From the NCBI GenBank assembly GCA_963702845.1, contig OY969763.1, forward strand, positions 1,280,001 to 1,344,000: DNA of 64,000 bases. The letters are read 5' to 3'. Each line of letters begins with the position of its first letter. Position 1 is the first letter of the stretch. The position numbers were made by a program, and so were the translations under genes. The notes under the pieces are model-generated. The model saw only the letters and a list, made by a program, of their open reading frames with translations, was not told where the DNA came from and searched no databases. This stretch comes from an uncultured Verrucomicrobiae bacterium (GTDB lineage Bacteria; Verrucomicrobiota; Verrucomicrobiia; Limisphaerales; Palsa-1400). Shown piece by piece: positions 9,943 to 19,301 of this stretch.

Positions 9943-12561
9943 CTACTTCGCCGACGTCTTCATCTCTTTCGACGACGTTACCCAAAACGGACTGCCCCAG
10001 GCGATCTCGTCATCGCCCTGGATAACGCGCACGTAGTAGTAAGTCGCCTTGCCGTATTCGGGCAGGGGAGGCGTCCAGGTCAGGCGAACTTCGTTCTTGT
10101 TGATCGGCTTCTTCACGTCGCCTTCGGCGTGAACAATTTTGCCGTTGCTGAAAATCTCGACCTGCCGAATCGGCGCGGTGCCGCGTGCGTAAACAGAAAT
10201 TTCCGCCGGCTTATCCAACGAAAATTCCTCGCCCATGAAATGGTCGCCCATGCGTGTATCCAATACGAGTCCATAGGTGGTTGAAGCGTAGCAGCGCCGA
10301 TCTTGCAAGCCTTTGAATGCTGCCTGTCGCGAATTTTCGGTTGCGTAGGCAACAGCGTAAGCCGTGCCCCAACCGTGGTCGCTCGAGCAGATAAAGCCCA
10401 TGTGATAATCTTTCGCCAATCCGTCCTGCACGAAACAATTCTTCTTTGTCGCATTCACGTGCTGACGCGGGCAGCCGTCATATTCGTACGAACCGCGGCA
10501 CGCCTGGAACATTTCGATCAACCGCTCGTATTTATCGTTGTGCACATCAAAACGCGTGCCCATGCCGGGATCCGCGCTCGTGTGCGGAATCGTCAGCGCA
10601 GGCCGGCCAATCTTATCCAGCGTGGACCAAAGGCCTTCAATCGTATGTGTGCCTTCCAGCGAATGCCGCAAAATCGGAGCCGGCTTTTCCGCCCAAATCA
10701 CGTTGTGATGTCCGACCGGCCAACCTGCGGTCCATTCATAGCCATACAGCACCGAGAAATATCCCGGCACATTGTAAAGGTCGGCGAGCTTTTGAATCCG
10801 CCACCAATTGAAATCCGTCGTGTGCTCCGCGTGATCGCTCATGCACAAGAAATCGTATTGGCAGATGTCGTGCGAATACTTGTAATGATCATCTGGCGAC
10901 GGTTCATTTCCGGTGCTGCAACGCGAGATGTTTGAGTGCTTGTGCAAATCGCCCCAGAGCAATGTGTATTTTTGGCCGTGAATTTCCGTTTCATAATGGG
11001 CCGCATCACGTGACACTCGCGGGTAAGTCGTCGCGTCGATAATCTTACGCGGAATCAAGCTAGTCGCCGCCGCATCGCCGTCAGCGCTGCGATTAAGTTG
11101 CGCAAAATAAATATCACCGTTGTAGCCGTATACGCGGCCGAAGTCGCCGTGATGGTCTTCCGGTTCGCCTTGGGTGTCTTGATACGCTTCAGGTTTGCGT
11201 GCAAAAAACGGCGCGGACAAACGACGGCGATGCTCCATCTCATACGAGATTTGCACGCCATTCGACGACGGCAACATCGCAACTTCCTCCAGGTTGCCAT
11301 CGCTCGATGGCAACATCTCTGGCCCGCTCCATTTGCCGCCACGGTAAGATTGCACAAAAACATCCCACCAATATGGCCCGCGGAGTTTGTCCTTAGCTTT
11401 CTTCGCCTGCTGACCGCCGGCTTGCGCTTTTGCCTTTTTCCCTTTTCCTTTCGCCTTCGGTTGTTCTTCCGTTCCCGGAGGTTGGACCTGTTTGATCAAC
11501 GCGCGATAAGCGACCCAAACCGTTCCGTTCCCATCAATCGAAATTCTCGGCACCGCCGTGTGTGCTAATTTATATTCGTCGGGCGGCTGTAACGATTTTG
11601 GTGTGTTCGGCAAGGTGAGAAACTTTCCATCGTCTAAAACCGCCATGCGCACGCGCGCGATCAACGGCTTCTGATTCGGGTTCTCGGGATCGTTCAATTG
11701 CTCAGTCGGCCGCTTCTTCAGATTCGCACCGGTGATCGTCATGTTGCCCGATTCGCCATGCCGCGGCACCTTCACCGAATCCCACACCAACCAAACGCGC
11801 CCATTTTTGTCAGCCGCCATCGAAGCGTGCAAATCATATTCACCACGCGCGCCCAGCCGAATCTCCTTTGCATCGGGAACATCCGCGCGCTTCACAAACA
11901 AGTCGTAGTCGCCCTCGCGATAACTCGTCCACGCAAACCAAAGTTGATTGCGCGAGTCATAAACAACCGCCGGATCCCAGTCGTCGTATTTATCGTGGGT
12001 GAGCGCGACCGCGTCGCTCCACTTTCCGTCCGCAAAAGTTTTCAGCACGATGTCATACTGGCCTTCACGAAACTCCTGCCAAACCACCGCGAGCTTGCCG
12101 TCTTTGGCGACCGCGACTTCCTGGTTCTGCGCGGCGTATTGGGGTGTCGATATCACGACCGGCTCCGACCAGGCGCCGGATTTGCGTTCCGAATACATGA
12201 TGCTCGCCAGCTTGTTATCGGCGCTCTCTGTCCAAAGCGCACAAACCGAATCATTGAGCCGTGCGAGAGTGGGCCGGACAATTTGCGCGCGCGTTTTATT
12301 CACCTGTTCCGGCGCCGACCATTTGCCATCCTTCTTCGAAACGACCATGACCGCGTCGCCTTCGGGATGGTGATAGCCGACATAACCCGTCCAGACCGTC
12401 CCGTCCGCCGTCTCGCACATCGTCGGCTGCGTATCGTAAGTCGTCTTGGGCGTGAGCAAATAAGGCTTAACCTTCGCCTCATCACCAAACGCGACCAACG
12501 TCTGCAAAATCGCAAGACCAACCAGGAGCTCTTTTTTCATCATAAAAAATCTGTGTTTCAT
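9943..12561 (-). CDS. Secreted beta-propeller plus PHP-like (DUF3604-like) metallohydrolase
   Basis: Signal peptide, W.S.P repeats, WGDLHKHS, SDHAE, GYEWT, GHHNV, IPH, SSDHG, YYYVRV.Q.D...AW.SP. Confidence 0.75.
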   Translation of the reverse strand: MKHRFFMMKKELLVGLAILQTLVAFGDEAKVKPYLLTPKTTYDTQPTMCETADGTVWTGYVGYHHPEGDAVMVVSKKDGKWSAPEQVNKTRAQIVRPTLARLNDSVCALWTESADNKLASIMYSERKSGAWSEPVVISTPQYAAQNQEVAVAKDGKLAVVWQEFREGQYDIVLKTFADGKWSDAVALTHDKYDDWDPAVVYDSRNQLWFAWTSYREGDYDLFVKRADVPDAKEIRLGARGEYDLHASMAADKNGRVWLVWDSVKVPRHGESGNMTITGANLKKRPTEQLNDPENPNQKPLIARVRMAVLDDGKFLTLPNTPKSLQPPDEYKLAHTAVPRISIDGNGTVWVAYRALIKQVQPPGTEEQPKAKGKGKKAKAQAGGQQAKKAKDKLRGPYWWDVFVQSYRGGKWSGPEMLPSSDGNLEEVAMLPSSNGVQISYEMEHRRRLSAPFFARKPEAYQDTQGEPEDHHGDFGRVYGYNGDIYFAQLNRSADGDAAATSLIPRKIIDATTYPRVSRDAAHYETEIHGQKYTLLWGDLHKHSNISRCSTGNEPSPDDHYKYSHDICQYDFLCMSDHAEHTTDFNWWRIQKLADLYNVPGYFSVLYGYEWTAGWPVGHHNVIWAEKPAPILRHSLEGTHTIEGLWSTLDKIGRPALTIPHTSADPGMGTRFDVHNDKYERLIEMFQACRGSYEYDGCPRQHVNATKKNCFVQDGLAKDYHMGFICSSDHGWGTAYAVAYATENSRQAAFKGLQDRRCYASTTYGLVLDTRMGDHFMGEEFSLDKPAEISVYARGTAPIRQVEIFSNGKIVHAEGDVKKPINKNEVRLTWTPPLPEYGKATYYYVRVIQGDDEIAWGSPFWVTSSKEMKTSAK

Positions 12562-12579
12562 CAGTGGCTAAAAACAATT

Positions 12580-13719
12580 TCAAAACGGCATCAACTTCAA
12601 ATTGAACGCCCGTTCCACCAGCCAGACCGCTGCAATCAGTACAATCCCACACGACCCACCTGCGAGCACAATCCGCGGATAAACCCACGACACTCTTAGC
12701 GCATACGCCACCGGCAAAAATGCCCAAACAATCGCAAGCTGTCCCGCCTCAACGCCAAGGTTATAACCCAGCACCGTCACCGCCAGATTTTGCCGCGTGA
12801 TCCCCATGTCACTCAGCCCGCTGGCAAAGCCGAAGCCGTGGATCAATCCAAATCCAAACGCCACCATCCATTCGCGTCGCGTGAACAGCGGAAAAATATT
12901 GTTGGCCGCCGCAATCACCACCGAAGCCGCAATCGCCGACTCCGTCAGTCGCGATGGCAATTGCACCACGCCGAGTGTGGCCAACGAAAGTGTAATCGAA
13001 TGCGCGACGGTAAACGCCGTTACGACCTTCAGCACGTTCACCAAAGCCTTGCGAAATTCTCCAACCGGTTGCCAAGTTTTCTCACGTCGCCACAAAACCG
13101 ACGGCAACAGCAACGCCAACAAAAACAAAATGTGATCGAACCCACTCCAGATGTGCCAAATGCCTTCGCGCACAAACCCAAAAAATTGCCGTGCCAACTT
13201 TGGTTGAGTTAACTCAAACGTCTGCGTGGGCGCGTCGATTGTTAAACTGATCGTCCGTTGCTGTCCGTTCGCCTCAAGCGAAAGGCGGTTCAAAAACTTT
13301 GGATTCAGGTCATAAAACAAATCGCACGTGACCTGCAATGTCTCCGGCGCGACCGGTCCATCCAAATTCAACAACAATCCCACGTAAACGCCATTGAGGT
13401 GCGTTTCCAATTTATGCCCGGTGATCGTGATCTTGCGCTCCACCCCTTCAGTTTTGACATGGAGATGCGGCAGCACAAACGCGAGGATTGCATCATTGTG
13501 CGCCTGCAGCTCGTCGTCGGAAACCGTGCCGTCATCATTGTCGTCCAGTCCCAGCGCCGTATCTAAATCTGAAACGTTGAGATCCCATTGCCCGGTGACT
13601 GCGCCATTGGTGAAAGAAAAATTTAACCAACTATCATTCGCCTGATGCGCGCAAGCATGTGAACTGGCCATTGCCAGACACACGACCACACCGAGCCAAA
13701 CTTTTTTTGCGGAAAACAT
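12580..13719 (-). CDS. HupE/UreJ-family membrane protein with N-terminal exported domain
   Basis: G.WHIW.G.DHILFL, TAFTVAHSITL, FGLIHGFGFA, NLGVEAGQ. Confidence 0.9.
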   Translation of the reverse strand: MFSAKKVWLGVVVCLAMASSHACAHQANDSWLNFSFTNGAVTGQWDLNVSDLDTALGLDDNDDGTVSDDELQAHNDAILAFVLPHLHVKTEGVERKITITGHKLETHLNGVYVGLLLNLDGPVAPETLQVTCDLFYDLNPKFLNRLSLEANGQQRTISLTIDAPTQTFELTQPKLARQFFGFVREGIWHIWSGFDHILFLLALLLPSVLWRREKTWQPVGEFRKALVNVLKVVTAFTVAHSITLSLATLGVVQLPSRLTESAIAASVVIAAANNIFPLFTRREWMVAFGFGLIHGFGFASGLSDMGITRQNLAVTVLGYNLGVEAGQLAIVWAFLPVAYALRVSWVYPRIVLAGGSCGIVLIAAVWLVERAFNLKLMPF

Positions 13720-13825
13720 CAGCCAACCAATTCTGCGCGTTTCGGTCCGAGCGCTCAAGCTTAGGACGGTGTTGGAGTTAACGTGGATACACAAAATTCT
13801 GTAACTCAACCCGTGTGGTCGCCCG

Positions 13826-14023
13826 CTATCCCTTGGGTTTCCGTGAAGTTCCCCAGATCAGCCAGCCGGCCAGTGCCACGAGCAGGATCAGCCACCAAAA
13901 AACGCGCAGCTCGCGCGCCGCTAATTCGACAAATTCCTGGGCGGCCGGAAATGCGATGATTAGAACCGCAATGACCACGAGCAGGATAATCAACTGGATC
14001 AGTGCGCGAAGCCCGGGATTCAT
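13826..14023 (-). CDS. Small 2-TM protein in SPFH operon
   Basis: 65 aa, two TMs, ATGA coupling to upstream SPFH gene. Confidence 0.7.
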   Translation of the reverse strand: MNPGLRALIQLIILLVVIAVLIIAFPAAQEFVELAARELRVFWWLILLVALAGWLIWGTSRKPKG

Positions 14024-14841
14024 TGGCTCGTGGATTTTTCTCCGGATTCAAGCGGCAGGAGCAGGCCAGCGTTGCCGCCACTCACCACCGCGGGCACAAC
14101 AAGCGGCGATTTGCCGTTCCAACGTTCCACGATCTGCAATCGCAGGAAAGCCGGGTTCAGCTTCAACGCTTCGCCGCGCACTTTGAGAGCTTCCGCTTCG
14201 CCTTTCGCCTTGATGACTGCCGTCTCGGCTTCGACCTGCGCCTGGACCTGAAAAAAGCGCGCTTGTGCCGCTTGTTGCTCGGCGACCATCTTCGCTTCGA
14301 TCGCGCGCTCGAGTTCCTTTGATAAATCAATATTTCGAATCACGATATCGTCCACGTCGAGCTTCGACCCGATTTTAGCCTTCGCTGCCGCCAACGCTTT
14401 TTCTTTAATCTCTTCGCGTTGCTTGACGATTTGCTCCGCCGTCTTCATGGCAGACACTTCTTTGATCGCCTCCTGGACGCGTGGCGCAATCAAGCTATCG
14501 AACGGATCGCCGGCAAACTGCTTATAAATTTGAACGACCGAATCCTCCGGAACGCGATAGAGAATTCGCAAGTCCATTATGACCTGTTGCATATCGGAGG
14601 AGAAGCAATCCGCCCGCAACGATTGCGTGCGTTGGCGCACGTTCATCGGAACGATCGATGTAATAAAAGGAGCCTTATAGCCAAATCCGCTCGGCAGGAA
14701 ACGATCCTCCGCTTTCCCAAGCGTTACTTTGATGCCGCGCGTTCCGGGTTCCACGACATACGTCATCGACGAGACGGTGATGATCGCAACGAATACGAGC
14801 ACTCCGGCCCCGATGACTTTCAGCAGCGAGAACTGGTTCAT
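14020..14841 (-). CDS. Prohibitin/SPFH-family protein
   Basis: TM, V.PG.RG..VTLG, LERAIEAKMVAEQ, AKGEAEA, ERWNG..P. Confidence 0.9.
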   Translation of the reverse strand: MNQFSLLKVIGAGVLVFVAIITVSSMTYVVEPGTRGIKVTLGKAEDRFLPSGFGYKAPFITSIVPMNVRQRTQSLRADCFSSDMQQVIMDLRILYRVPEDSVVQIYKQFAGDPFDSLIAPRVQEAIKEVSAMKTAEQIVKQREEIKEKALAAAKAKIGSKLDVDDIVIRNIDLSKELERAIEAKMVAEQQAAQARFFQVQAQVEAETAVIKAKGEAEALKVRGEALKLNPAFLRLQIVERWNGKSPLVVPAVVSGGNAGLLLPLESGEKSTSQ

Positions 14842-14842
14842 A

Positions 14843-15706
14843 TTATTGGCGCCGGCGTTGTGGGGCGGGCGCTGGGTGTTGGGTGCTGTCGGCATTGTTT
14901 TGCTGCGGGCGTAAACGTTCCAGGTCTTGCAGTGGTAACATGGTTCGGTCCCCGCCGCCGATGACCAGCGGAATCAGGCCGTCCCACTTCTCCACGATTT
15001 TCAAATCAAGCACCACCGGATTTTCTTTCAATGCCTGGCCGCGAATGCGAATGGATTCAGCTTCGCCTTTGGCTTTGATGACCGAAGTATCGGCATCGAT
15101 CTGCGTTCGCTGTTGAATATACTTCGATTTGGAAGCCTCTTGTTCCTGCACCATTTTCGCCTCAATCGCGCTTTCGAGTTCCTTCGTTAACGTGATGTTT
15201 TGGATCACGATGTCATCGACCACCAGCAGCGCTCCGACCTTTTTTCGCGCGATGTCGAGGGATCGTGTTTTGATTTGCTCACGGTTTTTGACGATTTGTT
15301 CCGCGCTTTGTAATGCGACCACCTCTTTCAAAGCTTCCTGTACGCGCGGCGCGACAAGGCTGTCGAACGGGTCGCCGTAATATTCCTGGAACAATTTCAC
15401 CACCGTGTTTTCCGGAACCCGAAACAGCACACGAAGCTCAACCTGAATTTGCTGCAAATCAGAAGAATAACATTCCGCTTTGTCCTCTGCCGTTTGTTGG
15501 CGGATTGAAACAGGGTAAATCGTGGTGATGAACGGCGACTTCATCCCGAAACCCTCTGCTTTAAAAGTTGGCGAAACTTTACCCATCGTCACCTCCACTC
15601 CGCGGTACCCTGGCGGGACAACGTATGTCCCGGCTGCTGCCATAATGATGACGATAAAAATGAGAATCGCCACACCGATTAATCGCGCGATTGTGCGTCC
15701 GGTCAT
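14843..15706 (-). CDS. Prohibitin/SPFH-family protein (paralog)
   Basis: Same motifs: VPPGYRGV, AIEAKMVQEQ, AKGEAES, EKWDG..P. Confidence 0.9.
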   Translation of the reverse strand: MTGRTIARLIGVAILIFIVIIMAAAGTYVVPPGYRGVEVTMGKVSPTFKAEGFGMKSPFITTIYPVSIRQQTAEDKAECYSSDLQQIQVELRVLFRVPENTVVKLFQEYYGDPFDSLVAPRVQEALKEVVALQSAEQIVKNREQIKTRSLDIARKKVGALLVVDDIVIQNITLTKELESAIEAKMVQEQEASKSKYIQQRTQIDADTSVIKAKGEAESIRIRGQALKENPVVLDLKIVEKWDGLIPLVIGGGDRTMLPLQDLERLRPQQNNADSTQHPAPAPQRRRQ

Positions 15707-15849
15707 GTCTTGTGAGCGCAGTCTATTTTGGCCCACCGACGAAACAAGCACTATTTAACGGGTGCGAGATCGGCAGACGTGTTTCCTCAAATTTCTTGAA
15801 TCCCGCATCCGTCGCGTCATTATTCGCGAAATCAACCAACCATCGGGCT

Positions 15850-17736
15850 ATGAAACAACCAAACTTCACTAAGGTCGGGTTTCTAAAAACGTACGTTCTA
15901 CCCGCCATCGTCATATTTCTCATTCCCGGCTTCGGCCTCTGGTTTTTCGACCACGTTGAGAAATGGCACGACACTCAATTTCGCGATCGGTTCGTCGCAC
16001 AGATTCGGGCTGACGGCAGTCTCACCGAGGAACAAAAACAAAAAGGCCTGGTCTTTTACCAGACCGTCTCCGTCTCAAAGATTCTTGCATCCAACAAACC
16101 CGAAATAAAGCCGCTGCAGGACAATTTCAAAAGTGTCAAAACTCGTTACGCAACGTTTCGTTGGATGAAGCGCGCCGCCAAACTCTGCCTTGAAAGTGGC
16201 CTGTTTACCTTTGTCGCCGTCGGCATCGGCGTGATGTTTTCGTTCACGTCACAAAAAGCTCAATATTGGAGCCTGCGCATCGGATGGATGATTCTGCGCC
16301 CCGTCGCTGTGATCCAGGTCGTGAGCCAGGGCGCCTTAGCCTTGGCGCTCTCCTATTGGGTCACGGCTTTTTATACAGAAAGCTACTATCCAAAACTGGT
16401 TCTCGTCGCCGGCTTGTTTGCCATCATTGGCGTCCTGGCCCTGATCGTAGCCATCTTCACCAAAGTCCCGCAAGACGCGGAGATTGAGGGACAGCTTTTG
16501 ACCAAAGAAGCCGCACCGGAACTTTGGCAACGTGTCGCCGAAATGGCCACCAAACTTGGCATCACTCCGCCGGACCAGATCTTCATCGGCATCGACGACA
16601 ATTTCTTCGTGACCGAACATCCCGTGACCGTTGGTGAGAAAAAATTCACCGGTCGCACGCTCTTTGCCAGCATTTCAATGTTGAAGACGATGACCCGCAG
16701 CGAAGCGGATGGCGTCCTTGCGCACGAACTCGCGCACTTCAGCGGCGAGGACACCCTCTATTCAAAACGCATCTCGCCACTCCTCGGCAAATATGGCGCT
16801 TATCTCACTGCGCTTTATCAAGGCGGTATCTCGCGTCCTGTGTTCCATTTCATGCACCTGTTCTGGAACCTCTACCAACTCTCGCTCCGCAAAATCAGTC
16901 GCGAACGCGAATTTCGCGCCGACCGCATCGGCGGTGAAATGACCTCGCCCGACAACATGTCACGCGCCCTCGTCAAAGTCGCCGCCTACTGTCGTTACCG
17001 TGCGCGAGTGCAACGAACGCTCTTCGGCACTGACGCAAAAGTGCAAACGATGAACGTTTTCGAGCGTCTCGAAAAAGGCTTCCCCGAGTTCATCACTGCG
17101 TGCGTCGGCGGCAAAGAAATCGCCGAATCGCGCACGCCCCATCCGTTTGACACTCACCCGCCGCTGTCCGGCCGTATCACCAACCTCGGCCTGCAACCCG
17201 AGACGATCCTTCATTCCGCCGTGAACCTGCCCGCCGTTTCCGATTCCTGGTTTTCCGCGATCGAAAACGCCGACACCATCGAAGCGGAGCAATGGAAACA
17301 ATTCGAAGACCGCTTTCATAAAGCCCACGAAGAATCCCTCGCCTGGCGTTTCAAACCTGAAGGCGAAAAAGAAATCGAACACGTCACCAAATATTTCCCT
17401 GCCATCGAATTCAAAACCGCCAAAGGCGCAACCATTGCGTTTACCTACGAAAACATCATCGCCTCGGAGTGGGGCGCCCCAATCGCTTACGCTTCAATTT
17501 CAAAATGTCGCCGCGAGGAAAGCTGGGGCAGGGAACGTTTGATCATCGAACACCACAACGACGATCGCACCAAGATTTTCAAAGTGAAGTTCGCCTACAA
17601 AGACTATAAACTCGACGGCGCCGACATCCTGAAAACCTTCGAACGCTACTACGGCCGCCATCTCACCGCCAAAAAATACGCCGAAGCCAAAGCCGCCGGA
17701 AAAGTCGACGAACTCGAAGAAGACGACGCTGAGTAA
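15850..17736 (+). CDS. M48 (HtpX-like) membrane metallopeptidase
   Basis: TMs, VLAHELAH, REREFRADR, DTHPPL..RI. Confidence 0.9.
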   Translation: MKQPNFTKVGFLKTYVLPAIVIFLIPGFGLWFFDHVEKWHDTQFRDRFVAQIRADGSLTEEQKQKGLVFYQTVSVSKILASNKPEIKPLQDNFKSVKTRYATFRWMKRAAKLCLESGLFTFVAVGIGVMFSFTSQKAQYWSLRIGWMILRPVAVIQVVSQGALALALSYWVTAFYTESYYPKLVLVAGLFAIIGVLALIVAIFTKVPQDAEIEGQLLTKEAAPELWQRVAEMATKLGITPPDQIFIGIDDNFFVTEHPVTVGEKKFTGRTLFASISMLKTMTRSEADGVLAHELAHFSGEDTLYSKRISPLLGKYGAYLTALYQGGISRPVFHFMHLFWNLYQLSLRKISREREFRADRIGGEMTSPDNMSRALVKVAAYCRYRARVQRTLFGTDAKVQTMNVFERLEKGFPEFITACVGGKEIAESRTPHPFDTHPPLSGRITNLGLQPETILHSAVNLPAVSDSWFSAIENADTIEAEQWKQFEDRFHKAHEESLAWRFKPEGEKEIEHVTKYFPAIEFKTAKGATIAFTYENIIASEWGAPIAYASISKCRREESWGRERLIIEHHNDDRTKIFKVKFAYKDYKLDGADILKTFERYYGRHLTAKKYAEAKAAGKVDELEEDDAE

Positions 17737-17740
17737 CGGA

Positions 17741-17778
17741 GCGTGGCGCGAAGGGGAAACCGGATGGGTTAAACTTCA
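17741..17778. repeat. 38-bp dispersed repeat, copy 1
   Basis: gcgtggcgcgaaggggaaaccggatgggttaaacttca; 36/38 identical to 49328-49365. Confidence 0.85.
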
Positions 17779-17813
17779 GGATGCAAAGCTTCGTTATCTT
17801 TGGTTCGGTTCGT

Positions 17814-18113
17814 TCACGCTTTATGGCGATCCGGCGATTCTGGTTTCGAACTTTGCCAGCGCGACTCGATTAGCAGGAGCCCGCCGGCGAACGTAAACAG
17901 ATTGCCGACGAGACCGGCCATGCCAACATACGCAAGTTTTCGCAAGGAAAGGCTAATCACTTTTGATGATTCTGATCCCGCGTCGTTTTTGCTCCCGACG
18001 ATACAACTGCTAATGTGCTCCATCGCCGCGTGCGATGCTGGGCCGATCGCGACAAAACACAGTAGCGACCAGATAAAACCACCAAAGATCAAACTCAAAG
18101 CTATTGCACGCAT
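17814..18113 (-). CDS. Small 2-TM hypothetical protein
   Basis: 99 aa ORF starting just after the 36-bp palindrome. Confidence 0.55.
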   Translation of the reverse strand: MRAIALSLIFGGFIWSLLCFVAIGPASHAAMEHISSCIVGSKNDAGSESSKVISLSLRKLAYVGMAGLVGNLFTFAGGLLLIESRWQSSKPESPDRHKA

Positions 18114-18123
18114 TTTTTTTAAA

Positions 18124-18159
18124 CGAACAGCGGGTTGTATATCACCAACCCGCCGTTCG
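18124..18159. repeat. 36-bp palindrome, copy 1
   Basis: cgaacagcgggttg-tatatcac-caacccgccgttcg; 35/36 identical to 49781-49816. Confidence 0.85.
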
Positions 18160-18170
18160 TCGAAATGTTA

Positions 18171-18791
18171 TTACGGTTTGCAACTGACCACGACTTCGTT
18201 GCTGAAGTTGCCGACGACTTCATTGCCGGTCATGAATTTGGCGCGGTATTCGCGCAACTCGGCTTTGCCGACGGCGAGCATGGGCCGGTCGTCGAGGTAA
18301 GGAAAATGCAGGACGACGGTCAAACGCGTGAAGTCCGGTTCATCGCCGCGTTTGCAATAGATGCAGATCGCCTCGCTGACGCCGAGCGTGGCGCGCAGTT
18401 CGACGATGCCGCCGCCTTTATCGACGGCGCTCAATACCGGCGCGGATGTGTTCAGGTCCTCGGTAATTTCCGGGCCGACGATGCCGAGAGCGTCGGCGAT
18501 GGCCGGTGTCAAACCGCTGGAGGCGCGGGCTTTTTTGGCGGCGAGCCGGGCGTGGGTTTCCGCGCCGAGACGACTCATCGTTTTGGCGTCGGCGGCGGCT
18601 TTGGCGGCTGCTTTGGCCGCGACGTTGGCGGGGAACTTGATGTGAAGATCGGTGTTATCAGCCGTAATCGCGGCAGTGTCACCGGGAACTAACCCAAGAG
18701 TGGCCGCATTGGCCAACAGCTGGGTCTTAAAGTTGTCATGCCAGGCCAGGAAGGCGTCGTCTGAATGGGGAATGAATCCGTCTCGTTGCAT
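18171..18791 (-). CDS. Hypothetical protein, helical N-terminus plus FnIII/Ig-like C-terminus
   Basis: FIP.SD..FLAW..NF..L.....LGL; Ala/Lys helix; C-terminal PYLD.RP..EYRA....GNFSNEV. Confidence 0.75.
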   Translation of the reverse strand: MQRDGFIPHSDDAFLAWHDNFKTQLLANAATLGLVPGDTAAITADNTDLHIKFPANVAAKAAAKAAADAKTMSRLGAETHARLAAKKARASSGLTPAIADALGIVGPEITEDLNTSAPVLSAVDKGGGIVELRATLGVSEAICIYCKRGDEPDFTRLTVVLHFPYLDDRPMLAVGKAELREYRAKFMTGNEVVGNFSNEVVVSCKP

Positions 18792-18856
18792 ATGTTTCTT
18801 GTTTCTAAGGGTTTATACCATTGTTTAGGGCTAGTTTTTGGAGACGTAGAAGGTTT

Positions 18857-19053
18857 GTCCAGAGCCGCTGGCGTGTTGTCCAGCGCCGCTGGACAGTTGG
18901 CTGGAGCCGCTGGACAGTTGTCCAGAACGGCTGGATTGCTGGCCAGAACCGCTGGCTCCTTGTCCAGAACCGCTGGACAATTGGCCAGAGCCGTCAGCCA
19001 CTTGGCCAGCGCCTTTGGACAGTTGGCCAGAACAGCTGGCCACTTGGCTGGAG
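18857..19053. repeat. 21-nt tandem array A (9 units plus partial)
   Basis: Consensus ~ g(t/g)ccagagccgctggacagtt with internal GTCCAG/CTGGAC palindrome. Confidence 0.95.
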
Positions 19054-19214
19054 GGAATATTTGCTCGAACGAAGGAAGGACCCATTGCGCCCAAGTTCCG
19101 GATACCAATTCCGAAATGCCCGACCATGCTTTTTTGAACCCGCCACATTTTCCGGCGGCGTTTGTGCCAAAGGCCCAAGGCGAGGTCAAGTGCCATTTAG
19201 TTTACAAGCCGCCG

Positions 19215-19294
19215 CCAAACCTGCGCGCCACCTTTAAAACCCTTGTTCGCGGATTGAAAGTATGCGAACTGTTGGCGCAGATTAGTTGTTAGCT
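19215..19294 (+). mobile_element. attI-like site 1
   Basis: ~80-bp repeat shared with 22739-22818, ends in GTTAGCT (GTTRRRY-like), ATG 7 nt later. Confidence 0.65.
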
Positions 19295-19301
19295 CGAACA
19301 G

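Noticed and set aside
11698..12699. Long antisense ORFs (also 27059-28012 and others)
   Set aside because: Shadows of GC-biased genes on the opposite strand
18857..19053. CRISPR interpretation of the 21-nt arrays
   Set aside because: Units are contiguous with no unique spacers, and no cas genes are present
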